Positions 51,741 to 64,000 of a stretch of DNA of 64,000 bases are shown piece by piece. The DNA lies in contig CM060733.1 of assembly GCA_030704615.1 (NCBI GenBank), forward strand, positions 5,890,001 through 5,954,000, in the 5' to 3' direction. This DNA is from Takakia lepidozioides (taxonomy: Eukaryota; Plantae; Bryophyta). The position numbers and the translations under genes were made by a program. Numbering within the stretch: the stretch's first letter is position 1; the number at the start of each line of letters is the position of its first letter. The notes under the pieces are model-generated. The model had not been told where the DNA came from. It made no database searches and saw only the letters and a program-made list of their open reading frames with translations.

Positions 51741-54438
51741 AGGTTGCTGGAATGTGAAAGCAAGAACTCAAACTAAAACATGAAGCATGCAAATGGACTG
51801 CAACAAACAGAAATGGCAAGCAAGAGGAAGAAAATAGCTGCAAATCACACGAATGACTTCCAAATTCTCCAAAAAGAAAGTAATCGCTTCACCGCCACAA
51901 CTCAGTCAACAGTTTATAACAGCCGCGAAGCATACTCCTCAAGGAAGTGCTTGTAACACCGCTTCCACCGGGATCATACATTTCGGGCCATGCAAACGCC
52001 ATGTAGCTTGGAAAACCTGTCCTGTGGCTGCCATGAATTAAATCAATCAAGCATCGACGTGGGGAGTGACAAAGGGCCGCATTCGAATCGACAGGTCCAC
52101 CATGTGCGTGTGAACTGGACGCGAAAAGCACGAAAGCATGATCATTGCGATCTCCCTACGGCCATATATGAGTATGTGTCACATCCTGTCATGTCAAGCC
52201 GTCCATCATCATGGGTGATTGCAGCACATGGATCATGTTGCATCCCATCCCTCTTTCGTCATGCGATGTGTCCCGCGCGCAATGTTGGGTTGTGGTGACA
52301 GGTGTCATGTGCCACAGAGTTCATGTGGTGTGGTGACAGCCGGCGGGGAGGGCGGGCGGGCATGGGGATGGGGGGTGCGGGGGGTGAGGGGTGGGCTGGC
52401 GCGGGGGCGAGGGGGCGCAGCGACCGCGAGCCGCGCAGGAGCCGGCGAAGGGGGTGCGGCTGGAGTGGCGGGGGGTGCCACGCAGGCAGGACTGAAGGGG
52501 TCGCATTAAACTCCCGGGCCTTTTCTATCTAATGTGCGCCCTTTGCTATTTTTCCCTTCCAACAGCCCAATGTCATCTAAGTAAGTTTTTTTTCCACGAA
52601 GCCTACGACCAGATTTGAACCGGAGACCTTTCCCTTGATATCTCTCCCGTCGAGGCTCCAACCATTGTCCAAGGAATGCCCACTTTGCCATTTTTGCTAT
52701 TTTTTATGAATTTCCAGCGACCAAAAGTACTTGGAATTCCACATCTCCCTCACCGCTTGTCCAAAAATCATGAGACCAAGCGGTGCACCCCTCCTCATCG
52801 AGGGCTTTCCAACGGCACCAAACACCCGCGCTGGCCCCGCGGTTTGGGAGATCTCAACGACGCTACAAAACAAAACAAAACAAACGTCTCGATTCATATA
52901 TTGATATATACACATTCCTTGATTAACCCCTAAAGGACGACACGTCGCGTCAGTTTTTTGCCACGCTCCAGTTTGATAGTGGATGATAGTGGATGGAAGT
53001 GAACCCTGAAGAAAAATTGTGGATGTCAGAGAGGAGCACGTGTGGGAATTTACAGCGCCAAAAAATCATTAAGGCTCCTAGATTTTTTCAAAGTGCCAAG
53101 GGGTCAGAAAATCCAGTGTTAGAGCACCATTGACCTGCCTACGTGGCAGCCAAATGGGCAATCTCCAAAATAACATCTAGGGCTGAAAATTTATCATAAT
53201 CCCAAATTTTTTGGATAGGGCACTATGAAATGTTACTGGGCACTTACTTACAAGAGGAATTGGAAAACAAATATCATCTCATGGGTGTAATCGTGAAAGA
53301 AGCCAAAACAAGACAATTCACCCCCCCAGATTTCACATACAAAGCTGGAATTTTGGTCTGATTTTTGTGGGAGACAGTGGTTTAGGTGCCATATAATCAG
53401 ATTATGGAGGGCCTTTGTCTAGGAAGATTCAACTTGATACTGTAATTTTATGGTCAAACAATTTTTTGCATGCAATTTTTGAATACATTTACAAATTGGG
53501 GCATATTATTTTGTTATAATCTCCCAAATGCAATGGTCAATTTGCCTACATTTTTTACAGGACGTGTACATAGTAGATATGCACATAAGCATGTACCGGT
53601 TATATTAGAGCAATGGAAGCTATAAGGTCTTCCAACACACCAAAAACAAACCAGGAAAAACCCCAAAATCACCCCCAATTCACCCCCCAAAATCAACCCC
53701 CAGACACCCCAACCCCCCCCCACCAAGCAGCATGCCAGGGCAGGCGCTTTCACCAGCGCCCATGCGACGGGAATTTTCGGCTTGCCACGGGAGGGGGTCG
53801 CAAGAGGCGATGCCTCGCTGTCGCCACAACCCATTGCGTAGCAATGGCCGACCCCCCCCCCCCCCCCCCCCTCCGACTGGTTTTTTCCCTTGGCGACCTC
53901 CGGGGGTCGCTAGGAGCGACGCCGCAGCGTAGCTGTTCCCACTCCCGCCCTGCCCCGCATTTTCTTTTAAAAAAACATTTTTATAAATATGCGACTCCCG
54001 GGAGTTGCTCCAACCCACGGCCGGGCGTCGCACAGACCGCCTCCCCTGCGACGGGGTTTTTTTCACTTATCCGACGTCCGGGTCGCGTTGTTTTTAGCAT
54101 GCGACACCCGGGCATATGATAAGGTTCATCCCCCTGGATCATTGGGGGTAAGAAGTTACACCCCCATCCATAAGTGTATATACTCTTTTTTAGTGGGCCC
54201 ACCAAAAAAAAGGGTTAAATTACTAGGGCTTTGCGTTGCTCCGCACTACTTAGCGACGAATTCTAAGACCTATGTTCAATTTTCACAAAAAGGGGTGGGT
54301 CATTCCCATGGTGCATTACCATAGGTAGACACCTAAGACTTTCAAAAGAAAGAACAGGAAAAAAAGAAATGAAAAAACGGGAAGCTACTTCTCACAAATC
54401 AGGCCCTTCATTATGGTTGAGGAGAAAATAACCTCTTT

Positions 54439-54570
54439 GATAAAGATAAAGGTAAATTTTCTTTAATGTCCAATGAATCTATAGAGCCTACTGCTCAACA
54501 CAGCCCATCTAGAGGCCAATGGTCGGTTTGAAGGCACATGTTGAAGGATTGAACCCAGGATCACAAGGCT
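54439..54570 (-). mobile_element. 5'-truncated copy of SINE family A
   Basis: The reverse complement matches 60770-60889, including the B-box GGGTTCAATCC and the (TCTTTA)n tail. Confidence 0.8.
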
Positions 54571-54804
54571 CATGGGACCCCGGGGTGGAGGAGGGGGGGG
54601 GGGGGTGGGGAGAAGATCATGGACAAGGTTGATTTTTCTTTATATATATGTGGTAACTCGTATTAAATCAAGGGAAATAACCTTGGGAGAACTTTAAGGC
54701 CTTACCAGAAGGTGGGTAACATACCTGGGGAAAGATATTTTTTAGTTTGGTAGGTGAAACAGCTGTCTGGAGTGTTTTCTGGCTGCTGTATTACCCTGAG
54801 ATAA

Positions 54805-56800
54805 TTACCAGTAGTCCCCACAAGAACACACCCCATTGTTGAAGTGATGAAAGCAGATGGCATCCCTTGCAATAATTTCTCGTGCAACAATTTTGGATAT
54901 CAACTTGGTGCGGCACTCCCCACATACACATAGGTTTTTAATGATGCGGATAGGGGTCCTAGGGGGTGTGCTAATGAGCCCAAAAGCTATGGCCAGCTTT
55001 TCGCTGTGGTGGTAAAGAGTCTGTTCCTTCATCTGCTGATCCACATCACGCAACACAAAGCGTGTCTCAGGCACATATCCAGCCTCCTTAATCTGCTAAG
55101 TTAATCTCTCTAACGCATCATAGATCTCCTCTGCTTGTGGGTGAGATCTATCTCCAACGGCAAATGTACACATCTTGTGATTCCACCTTGAAAATACATT
55201 CTGCAGCACACTCTGCTAACTCCACATTTCCATAGATTCTGCAGGCACCAAGCAAGGCCCCCCACACTGAAGCACCTGGTTTGAGTGCCATGTTGGCAAT
55301 GAAATCTTCTTCATCCAAGCGCCCTGCACGGCCAAGGAGGTCAACCATGCAGGTGTAGTGCTTTTCTGTTGGTGTAATGCCATGCTCTTGACACATGGAT
55401 TGAAAATAATGACCACCTTCATCTACAAGGCCCAAATGGCTGCATGCAGAGAGAACACCAATAAATGTGACCTCATTTGGCTTCACACCAGTTCAAAGAG
55501 TTGGAGAGCCTCGTGACCACGCCCATGCTGAGCGTATCCTATAATCATCCAGTCCATGAGACCACATCTGGTTTAAGAATTTTGTCAAACACCTCCCGTG
55601 CATCCTCTACACTCCCACATTTGGTATACAAATCAATGAGGGCATTCCTGACGTAGACATCTGACTCACACACAGATTTGATAATGTAGGCATGGACACA
55701 CTTGCCCTGTTCCAGGGATGCTTCACACCCTCTCTTTGCATTTGTCGAAAGAGTTTGAAAGCCTCCTCACCATGACCACTCTGTGCACATCCTCCAATCA
55801 TCGCAGTCCATGAGACCACATCTCGCTTAGGCATTCTGTCAAACACATTGAGTGCATCCATCACACTCCTGCACTTGCAATAAATACTGACAAGGGCATT
55901 CCCGAGTCCAACATCTGACTCAAATTCAGCTTTGATGATGGTGGCAAGGAGCTGCTTGCCCCGTTCTAAAGCCTCCGGGCCAGCACAAGCGTTGAGGACA
56001 CTAATAAAGGAGACAATATCTGCCTTCATGCCTTCTCTTTGCATGCGCTGAAAGAGTTAAAAAGACCATGACCATGCTGAGCAGATCCTGCAATCATAGC
56101 AGTCCGTGAGAGCCCATCTCGCTTGGGCATTGCACGTCAAATACTCGGGTGGCATCCGTCAAACTCTCACACCTGCGATACATGCTGACAAGGGCAGTCC
56201 CCACAGGGACATCCCCTCAAGTCCAGCCTCAATGCACGCACATTTTGCATACATGTCCACCAGGGCAGTGTTCAGGATGACACTTCCAGCTTTGACACTG
56301 TCACCATGGACCTCTTTCCCCTTTTCCAGAGCTCCCAGGCTTGCACACGCATTACAAACAAAAACAAACGTTATGTGGTTGGCTTCACCCCTTCGCACAT
56401 CATTTGCTCATAGGTCTCCAAAGCCTCCATCCCGTGCATACATGTCCACCAGGGCAGTGTTCAGGATGATATCTGGTACAATTCCAGCTTTGACGATGTC
56501 ACCATGGACCTCTTTCCGCTTTTCCAGAGCTCCCAGGCTTGCACACGCATTGCAAGCAAAAACAAACGTTCTGTGGTTGGGCTTCACCCCTTCGTACATC
56601 ATTTGCTCATAGGTCTCCAAAGCCTCCATCCCGCACCCTTGTTGTGCATAGCCTGCAATCATCGCACTCCACGACACCACATCTCATTCAGCCATACTTT
56701 CGAGCACTCCCTTTCCTCAATGCACGCACATTTGACATACATTTCCACCAGGGCAGTGTTCAGAATGACATCTGGTAATCTGTCAGGCATTCACCTTTTG
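54805..56800 (-). pseudogene. PLS-E-DYW pentatricopeptide-repeat (organelle C-to-U editing factor) pseudogene
   Basis: PPR motifs (DVVSWTAMIGG, TFIGVLSACSH, HYTCMVDLLGRAG, WGALLGAC) and DYW domain ([33 protein letters not shown]). Several frameshifts, a stop near 55097 and an internal deletion before the E+ region. Confidence 0.92.
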
Positions 56801-57239
56801 CCTTGGTTGTCCCACCATTGACTGGGGTCAGAGAAGTATTCATTCCACAGCTTCTCTTCATCTCTGTTACCTGTTTTTGGATAGTTTCCTGTTGTCACAT
56901 TGGCAGTATCATGTCAAAGTCACTGCAAACTAGATTCACTCAACCAGCTAACTCGCAGAATTCAACATGGAAATTTAGGGCCGATTCTGATTAGAGGGAA
57001 AAACAGGGCGAAATGTGTTGTAGAAGGGCCTTCATTAGCAGTGCCTTCATGAAGCCTTAACCCCATGGGAACTCTGGAAATCTTCATATTTGAAAAATGG
57101 GGCACATTAGATGTGTTAATATTTCACTGGAGATTCCAGTTCCTCGGACACCTGACTATCAGTGGGAACAGTCGCTCCAAAACTACTAAGGTGATGCCCG
57201 CAACAGTTGAACACCATACAAATTGAGCAACTTAGGATA

Positions 57240-58790
57240 ATGTGAGTGTGCACCTGCTTTGTCACAGGGTGCACATGTTCACCAGGGCAGTGTACAATTC
57301 CAGCTTTGACGATGTCACCATGGACCTCTTTGCCCTTTCCAGAGCTGCCAGGCTTGCACAGGCATTGCAAACGGAAACAAACGTGATGTGGTCGGGCTTC
57401 ACCCCTTCCCCCATCATTTGCTCATAGGTTTCCAAAGACTCCATCATGCGCCCTTGCTATGCATACCCTGCAATCATCGCACTCCACGACACCAAATCTC
57501 GTTCAACCATACTGTCAAACACTCCCTCCGCATCCTCGATGCACCCACATTTTGCATACATATCCACAAGGGTATTGTTCAGAATCACATCTGGTACAGT
57601 TCCAGCTTTTGCGATGCAACCATGCACCACTTTGCCCTTTTCCAGGGCTGCCAGGCTTGCAAATGCACAGACCTGATGTGGTCGGGCTTCACCCCTTCCA
57701 CCATCATTTGCTCACACGTCTCCAAAGCCTCCATCCCGCGCCCCTGCTGTGCATACCCTGCAAGCATTGCATTCCACGACACCACATTTCATTCAACCAT
57801 ATTGTTGAACACTGCCTTTGCATCCTTGATGCTCCAACATTTGGCATACATGTCCACGAGGGCATTGTTCAGAATGACATCGGGTACAATTCCAGCTCTG
57901 ACAATGTCAAAGTGGCCCTCTTTGCCCTTTTCCAGAGCTGCCAGGCTTGCACACGCATTGCAAACACACATAAGCGTGATGTGGTTGGGCTTCACCCCTT
58001 CCCCCATCATTTGCTCATAGGTCTCCACAGCCTCCACCCCACGTCCCTGATCATTTGCTCATAGGTCTCCACAGCCTCCACCCCACGTCCCTGCTGTGCA
58101 TACCCTGCAAGCATCGCGCTCCACGACACCACATCTCGTTCAGCCATATTGTTGAAAACTGCCTTGCATCCTTAATGTACCCACATTTGGCATACATGTC
58201 CACTAGAGCAGTGTTCAGAATGACATCTGGTACAATTCCAGATTTGACGATGTCATCATGAACCTCTTTCCCCTTTTCCAAGGCTCACACATGTATTGCA
58301 AACACAAACGAACGTGATGTGGATGGGCTTCACCCCTCGTGTACACCTGCTTTCCAGCTTCAAGGCCTTTCATCTTGATGCACTTATGCAAGAGACAGAC
58401 ATACATATCTGAATCTGCTGAAATTCCTCCTTGGTTTAAAGTCTGTAGATCCTCTTTCAGTCTGCCTGCCTCACAAAGCATCTTCACATGTCCAGAAGAG
58501 CCAGAAGAGGCATTGTGGACTCCCTCTCTTGATCCTCTTCCAGAAGCTGTGGTCAGGGTTAAGGTGCCTGATTTTATCAACTGTACCGCTGCAGCTGCTG
58601 CCTTTAATTGACCATCTACGCATGCAGGTTTCTTGTAGCTATTGATCCATAGGAAATCATACGTAATCTTGTGCTTGAAATCTGGCCCTCTTGGATATCT
58701 GGACCCACACTCTATCCCTTCTCCTTCAGCTATCCATGCCTCTGCACAAATCATACATTCATCTTTGCCCTTGCTGCTAGCAGCTGACAA
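57240..58790 (-). pseudogene. Second/third PLS-PPR gene fragments with N-terminal LCEAGRL motif
   Basis: Repeated [49 protein letters not shown] motifs, many frameshifts, and a ~43-bp tandem duplication near 58005-58090. Confidence 0.88.
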
Positions 58791-58865
58791 TGACAGCCTA
58801 GATTTGTTCTAGGAAACACCCAATCACACTAGTTCCTATGCTGAATTGCGTCTACTACTCTCTAG

Positions 58866-59240
58866 CAGGCATTCAACGTTTTGCCTCTGTTGTCCCACCA
58901 TTGACTGGGGGCAGAAAAGTATTCATTCCACACCCTCTCCTCATCTTTGTTACCTGTTGTTGGATACTTTCCTGTTATCGCATTGGCAGTATCATGTCAA
59001 AGTCACTCCAAACTAGATTCAGTCAACCAGCTAACTTGCAGAATTCAACATGACGGCATGAATTTCTTCCAACAGACATCCCAACCCTACTTATTACAGT
59101 AGTTCCAAATCTGAATTTCATCTGCTTCTCTCTGTAGTCCAACAGGCATTCACCTTTTTGTCTCCATTGTCCCACCAGTGACTCGGGTCGGAAAAGTGTT
59201 CATTCCAAAGCTTCTCCTCATCTCTGTTATCTGTTTTGCA
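58866..59240 (-). repeat. Local repeat preceding PPR fragments (copies ~56782-57000, 58866-59050, 59144-59240, partial 60090-60200)
   Basis: Shared CAGGCATTCA.C.TTT..TTGTCCCACCA.TGACT.GGG.C.GA.AAGT.TTCATTCCA and ..GTCAAAGTCACT..GCTAACT..CAGAATTCAA. Confidence 0.75.
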
Positions 59241-60713
59241 CCCACATTATGAGAGAGAGAGAGAGAGCGTACTGATAAGACGTTGTTTTCTGTAAAGAAA
59301 GAGAGAGAGAGAGAGAGGGTGCCATGACCCAGATGGCTTCTACCTGAGGCTTCTGACCTCAGAAAAGGAAGTTGAGAAGTCTTATGTGTGTAGTGCTTTT
59401 GTACATCCAGTGGCCTGACTGGTTCAACAAGGCTTTGGTGCATTCAAGAATTGAGAACAAGAGATGGCTCATGCTTCAAAATTGATTTCGAAGCTTGGTC
59501 TCTTTTAGTACTTTGTGACTTTTCTTTCTCACTCTGCAGAGTTAATACAATAACAGATGACAACAAGGACCCAGCCTACATTGCTATATGACATGTGCAT
59601 AGGACAATTGCTGAAATCGCAGGGAGACACACAAAAGAAGGGAAAACCAGAAAAGGGAATATGTCACAATTTCAGTGAAGGAAGTTTGGAGGTAGGTTTG
59701 GCACTACCACAAGCCACCGTGGCAGGGCTGGTTTGGAGACGTGGCCTTATCAAGATTCGCCAACTGTTCCTGCATGTTCCAAGAACAAGCTGTCATCTTC
59801 ATGAAAGAGTCATGCCGGACACGCTAGTGCTTGCTTACTCTGACAAATACGCCCACTGTTAAGTCTGAAGAACAAGACACTCACTATACTGGCGTCCAAC
59901 TTCCATTCTGGGGAGATTATCAAGATTCTTTCCTTATCTCTATGTGAGTGATGCCAGGATACTCAGTCAAGCAGGATTTGCAACAAACAACAAAACATGG
60001 AAAACCCACCAGAAGAAGATTTGTCCCTGAGTCCCGTCTTTTGAAGAATCGGCCTTCAAAATATTGTGCCTGCTCTCCTGCTGCCACATCGGGCAGTCAC
60101 TTGTCAAAGTCACTCCAAACCACCACAGTTCCACCCAACGAGCTAACTTACAGAATTCAATATGCATCTCAGGGCCGAGTCTGATGAGAGGGCAAAACAG
60201 GCTGAAATAGGTTGAAGAAGACGGTGCCCTCACCACATTGTCCTTGACCTTGTGACCCATGGAGACCACCAACCCAAAAGGACCTCTTGTGTGTGCTGCT
60301 TGTGTCTGTAGTCAGGTAATGTCGGATTGGTCTGTGTGAACCACCACGGTGCAGCTAAGCCATACTGTCGAACACTGCCTTTGCATTCTTCACACTTGGC
60401 ATACATGTCCACCACAATAGTGTCCAGAATGATAGTTGGCACGACCCTGCTTCAGAATGATAGTTGGCATGACTCCAACCCTGCTTCAATGATCTTCCCG
60501 TAAAGCTGTCTGCCCTGCTCCAAGGCTGCTCGGGTAGCACATGTCTCTGCGAGTTCATTACAACCGACACACAGAAATGACGACGACGACGTGGCGTGAC
60601 GACGATGATGTGGCGACGATGACGTGGAACTATGGCACCCTATTCACGCTCCACGCTAAACTAGCTCTCGACCTTCGGTCGTCGCTAGAATAACTTCTCT
60701 CTCATCCTAACTT

Positions 60714-60889
60714 GAGAAGGTAGCCCAGTGGTTGGGTGTTTGTGCCTTGCCTGTGCATAACCTAGGTGATCCTGGGTTCAATCCTTCAACATGTGCCTTC
60801 AGACCGTCCATTGGGCCCTCGATGGCCTGTGTTGAGCAGGGCTCTGTAAATTCACTGGACGTTAAAGAATCTTTATCTTTATCTTTATC
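60714..60889 (+). mobile_element. Full-length tRNA-derived SINE, family A, with (TCTTTA)n tail
   Basis: A-box TAGCCCAGTGG at 60721-60731, B-box GGTTCAATCC at 60775-60784, tail TCTTTATCTTTATCTTTATC. Two other copies in the window. Confidence 0.8.
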
Positions 60890-61850
60890 CCCTTCACCTC
60901 GTGTCATTCTCCAAACTTTCCTGGATCATTTTGGTTCCCGACACTTTGATTTTTGTTTACCTACTTTGTAAACATGCTATGGCCTCCCAAATGGTTACTT
61001 TTTCCATTCCGCTCTAATGTCGGCGGCGGCCAATTCCTTTCACTATGTTCAAATAAAGTGTTTTATATTTTATCCATCAACATAATCAGCAATCAGACCT
61101 TACATGATTTGATCTTGGTATCGGTATCATGGCATTATGCATTCCAGTAGTTTCCACCCTTTGCTATGCAAAGTAAGTCTACATTCTTTGGGGTATCCAT
61201 CACGGCCTGCCATGTTAAAGCCTTATGGAGGCCTTGTGCCTTCAAGGGTTTTAATTTTTTTCCCTTCAAATGGTTGATCGTAAACTGGCACCCTTGCGCA
61301 ATAAGAAATGAGAAAGATATGTAATATGGTGTCCCTGCCTGGAAATCCAAAATGTTCGGGAGGTTCTTTGTTGAAATCTGCTCCTTCCCGCCGTAGAACT
61401 CGCCTCATTCATCTCTTCTTCTCAACTCCCTCTTTTTCTCAGCACTCTGTCTCCCATACCCAACTGGCGCTCGAATGGTAACTGCTTTTTATTTTTGCTG
61501 ACATGAGCCTACATTCTGTACCACTGCAATGTGATAAACCTAGCCAGGGACTTCCACGTTACCACCGGTCACTGCTGCTCATGTGGTCAGGCCCTCAGAC
61601 AAGGTCTCCAGAGCATAAGCCTTGCATTCGACCTTTCAATTAGTCTCAACTGTCTCAGTCTGTCCCATGCGATTCTGGTTGCACGTCCAGTAAATATTGT
61701 ATCATTCGGAGCATTGCATACCAAAAATGAGTGAATGAACTTCATTCAATGTCCCTAGAGGCCTCCTGGGTGGAATCACTTTGTGATTTTGGACAAAATA
61801 CAATAAATCTTTATGATACAATCATCGCAAGATTATAATAGGCAAACAAA

Positions 61851-63711
61851 TCAAATGATCGGCTGCATCTGCATATGTACTCTGTTTTCTTGTTCTATGA
61901 TGTCAAGGAAGACTGGATCCACCTTAAGATCACTGTTTACATGTATCTGCAAGACACCCACCATTCAACAATCAGGGGGAAATTGAATATGGAGAGAACT
62001 GCAATGTCGAAAGACTACATAATACATCCTCCCTGAATTTGCAACACAATCTGCTGTAAGCAGGCGAGTATCTGCCAAAGAATCTTACATGGAGATGGAA
62101 ATACCTCAAAATGGTGCCTCCATTTCCAGACTACAGCATCCCCCACTATGGTGACAACAGAGCTGATCATCATTTCTCGTTTTGCAACATCAGCAAACAA
62201 GTGTTTGAGGTGGTTTGTCATTTCCAGACCATCCAGCTTGGCCGGCAAGTCCAGAACCTTTTCACTTTTGGCTGCCTGACTTCCTGCCTCTACCTAGCCA
62301 ACCATCCTGGATATATTATTGAAAGACTCCACATTGCAACCCTTTCACAGTCTGTCATATGTAATTTCCAGCAGAACATCCCTTGCCCCGACACGCAACA
62401 TTCCACTCCACCTTCTCACCCTTGCAAAACCCAAGCAGTAAACTTATAACATGGATGGTGGCGCAGAGCGCTCAGAGGTAGGACAATGTACACAGTAAGC
62501 CTGCCAATCTATGAATCCTCCAACACCATATTGAACAGGATGCATTGTGGTTGCAATAGTTTTAGAACTTCTTGTGGGAATTTCTTGAACAATGGCACAG
62601 ATCCAGAAATTATCCTAGGCTTATATGTGAGTGAGGATGACACACTAGAACAGAAAAGGTGGGCATTGAGAGTGTATGGATGATGCTTAGCACATGTGCT
62701 CAGATCCTTGTCGCCCAATCATTTCAGTTACCTTGTCAGAAATAGCTCAAACTACATCACACAGGACCCTTGCCTGTGAAATAATTTGTTTGTTAATGTC
62801 TTCTATACCCTTGTCTTTGGTCAACTTATGTATGCCAGTCCTAGGTCCCTTTCCTGCAGGTTTCTCTGGGCTGTCTTATCTTTCTGTGTTATGAATTCCC
62901 ACTTTCAGTTGGAGCAGTCGGATTATACTTCTCTGCATGCATCCACAACCCAACAACAGGGATGAACATCATGTCACGCCTGATGGGGGGTTGTTAATGT
63001 GTAATTTCGGAATGTGCAACCATGGAAATTCAATCTGCAACCAGCACAGCTACAATGCTCTGAGCAATCTGAAATTAAGATGAACTCTAGGCTCTTGGAT
63101 CGAACACTAAGGTCATAAGCTCTGAGGTGAGTGGAGCTAAAAAAGTGGGCTGATTACAAATTCGTTATGTAGAAGCCCTCCCTTGCTTGCTGAACTGTTC
63201 GGGAGAGTTCAGCCAGCCTCCTTTTATTCTCTCGAATAGAGCATGGCCACTTGAATTGAACTGGAATCCGAGCAAACAAGGCTAAGGGTGCTGCTGATCT
63301 GCCGTGCTTTAGTCAGCACCATTCACATACCATCAAACAGGGCGCAACCCTTAACGGAAAATGGTAAGAAAATCCCACCTTAGCTTGCCCGAGAAGGTCA
63401 CCTTGGTAGTAGATGTCCATGATGGTGCTCGTGTACTGGATAGGCGCCACATTAGGGTTGGTGACTTTTATCGATAGAGTTAGGGCCACGTCCACCACAG
63501 CTATTAGCAAGGGGGAATCTGTGCAGAAGCGCAGGTTGAAGCCACTCACATTTATGCCCATCACCTCGAAAATGGGGTCCCGTGGCCTGATTGCAAACAA
63601 TCCCGCCCCTGCACTCCCCAACCCCGCCACTGCCGCAATAACTACCATCGCCATGACGCTCTTTTTTTTCCGCTTTCCGGTGTCTTGGTCTCTTTTTTCA
63701 TTCTCTGGCAT
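61851..63711 (-). CDS. LEA_2 / NDR1-HIN1-like membrane-anchored protein, 3 exons
   Basis: TM helix then RPRDPIFEV..LSIKVTNPNVAPIQYTST..YYQGDLLGQAK | VEAGSQ..LPAKLDG..HHFE | IHVNSDLKVDPVFLDIIEQEN. Exons 63379-63711, 62105-62293, 61851-61946. Confidence 0.9.
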
Positions 63712-64000
63712 ATCACAACTCTTCCTCTAACCTCTCTCTCTATTTCACTTGTTTTCAGCCCCGAAACTTCTTTTTAAGCGATCAGAGAAAACAGAACTCC
63801 AGTACCATTATGGGAGCCAAGAATAAGCACGAAATGTGTTTGAAAAAGGAAGGCGAAGGAGAAATAGTGCAGAGCTCAGCGTGTGCGCAGCAAGAGCTCG
63901 CCAGTCCACTGCTCACACCCTCGACGAGTACGCCCTACTTTACCTAATGCCTCTGATGTCTAAAGCCTTAACTGAATTGTAAATTGTAGTCCTCTCCAGT

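Larger units (their letters stand above)
40578..52904 (-). mobile_element. Candidate Helitron (~12.3 kb) with gene cargo and no recognisable RepHel
   Basis: Minus-strand 5' end A|TCAATATATGAATCGAGACGTTTGTTTTGTTTTG at 52904. 3' end hairpin CCCAA-agttagc-TTGGG ~19 nt before CTAG|T at 40578. A/T target, no TIR or TSD seen, decayed ORFs inside. Confidence 0.5.

Noticed and set aside
57388-58064. Long + strand ORFs (210 and 201 aa)
   Set aside because: Antisense shadows of PPR repeats.
60900-61410. Decayed minus-strand coding region
   Set aside because: No identifiable domain.

Overview
Eukaryotic land-plant nuclear DNA. A bryophyte (moss-like) source is inferred from the gene content, intron style and PPR type. 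Four genes look intact: a 29-coding-exon SRS2/UvrD-type DNA helicase (-, 10192-21520), an intronless GOLDEN2-like transcription factor (-, 28817-30268), a 5-exon VOC/glyoxalase-family gene (+, 33132-35453) and a 3-exon LEA_2 gene (-, 61851-63711). Between them lie a decayed helical-bundle+kinase gene (MLKL/MCAfunc-like architecture), a Ty3/gypsy integrase fragment ending in a PHD finger, two tRNA-derived SINE families, a LINE 3' fragment and a cluster of broken PLS-E-DYW PPR genes. The most unusual structure is a ~12.3 kb candidate Helitron (-, 40578-52904). It has no visible RepHel but carries a Ulp1 SUMO-protease gene, zinc-finger ORFs and several orphan ORFs. Exon boundaries were read by eye from splice signals and protein motifs; no database searches were run.
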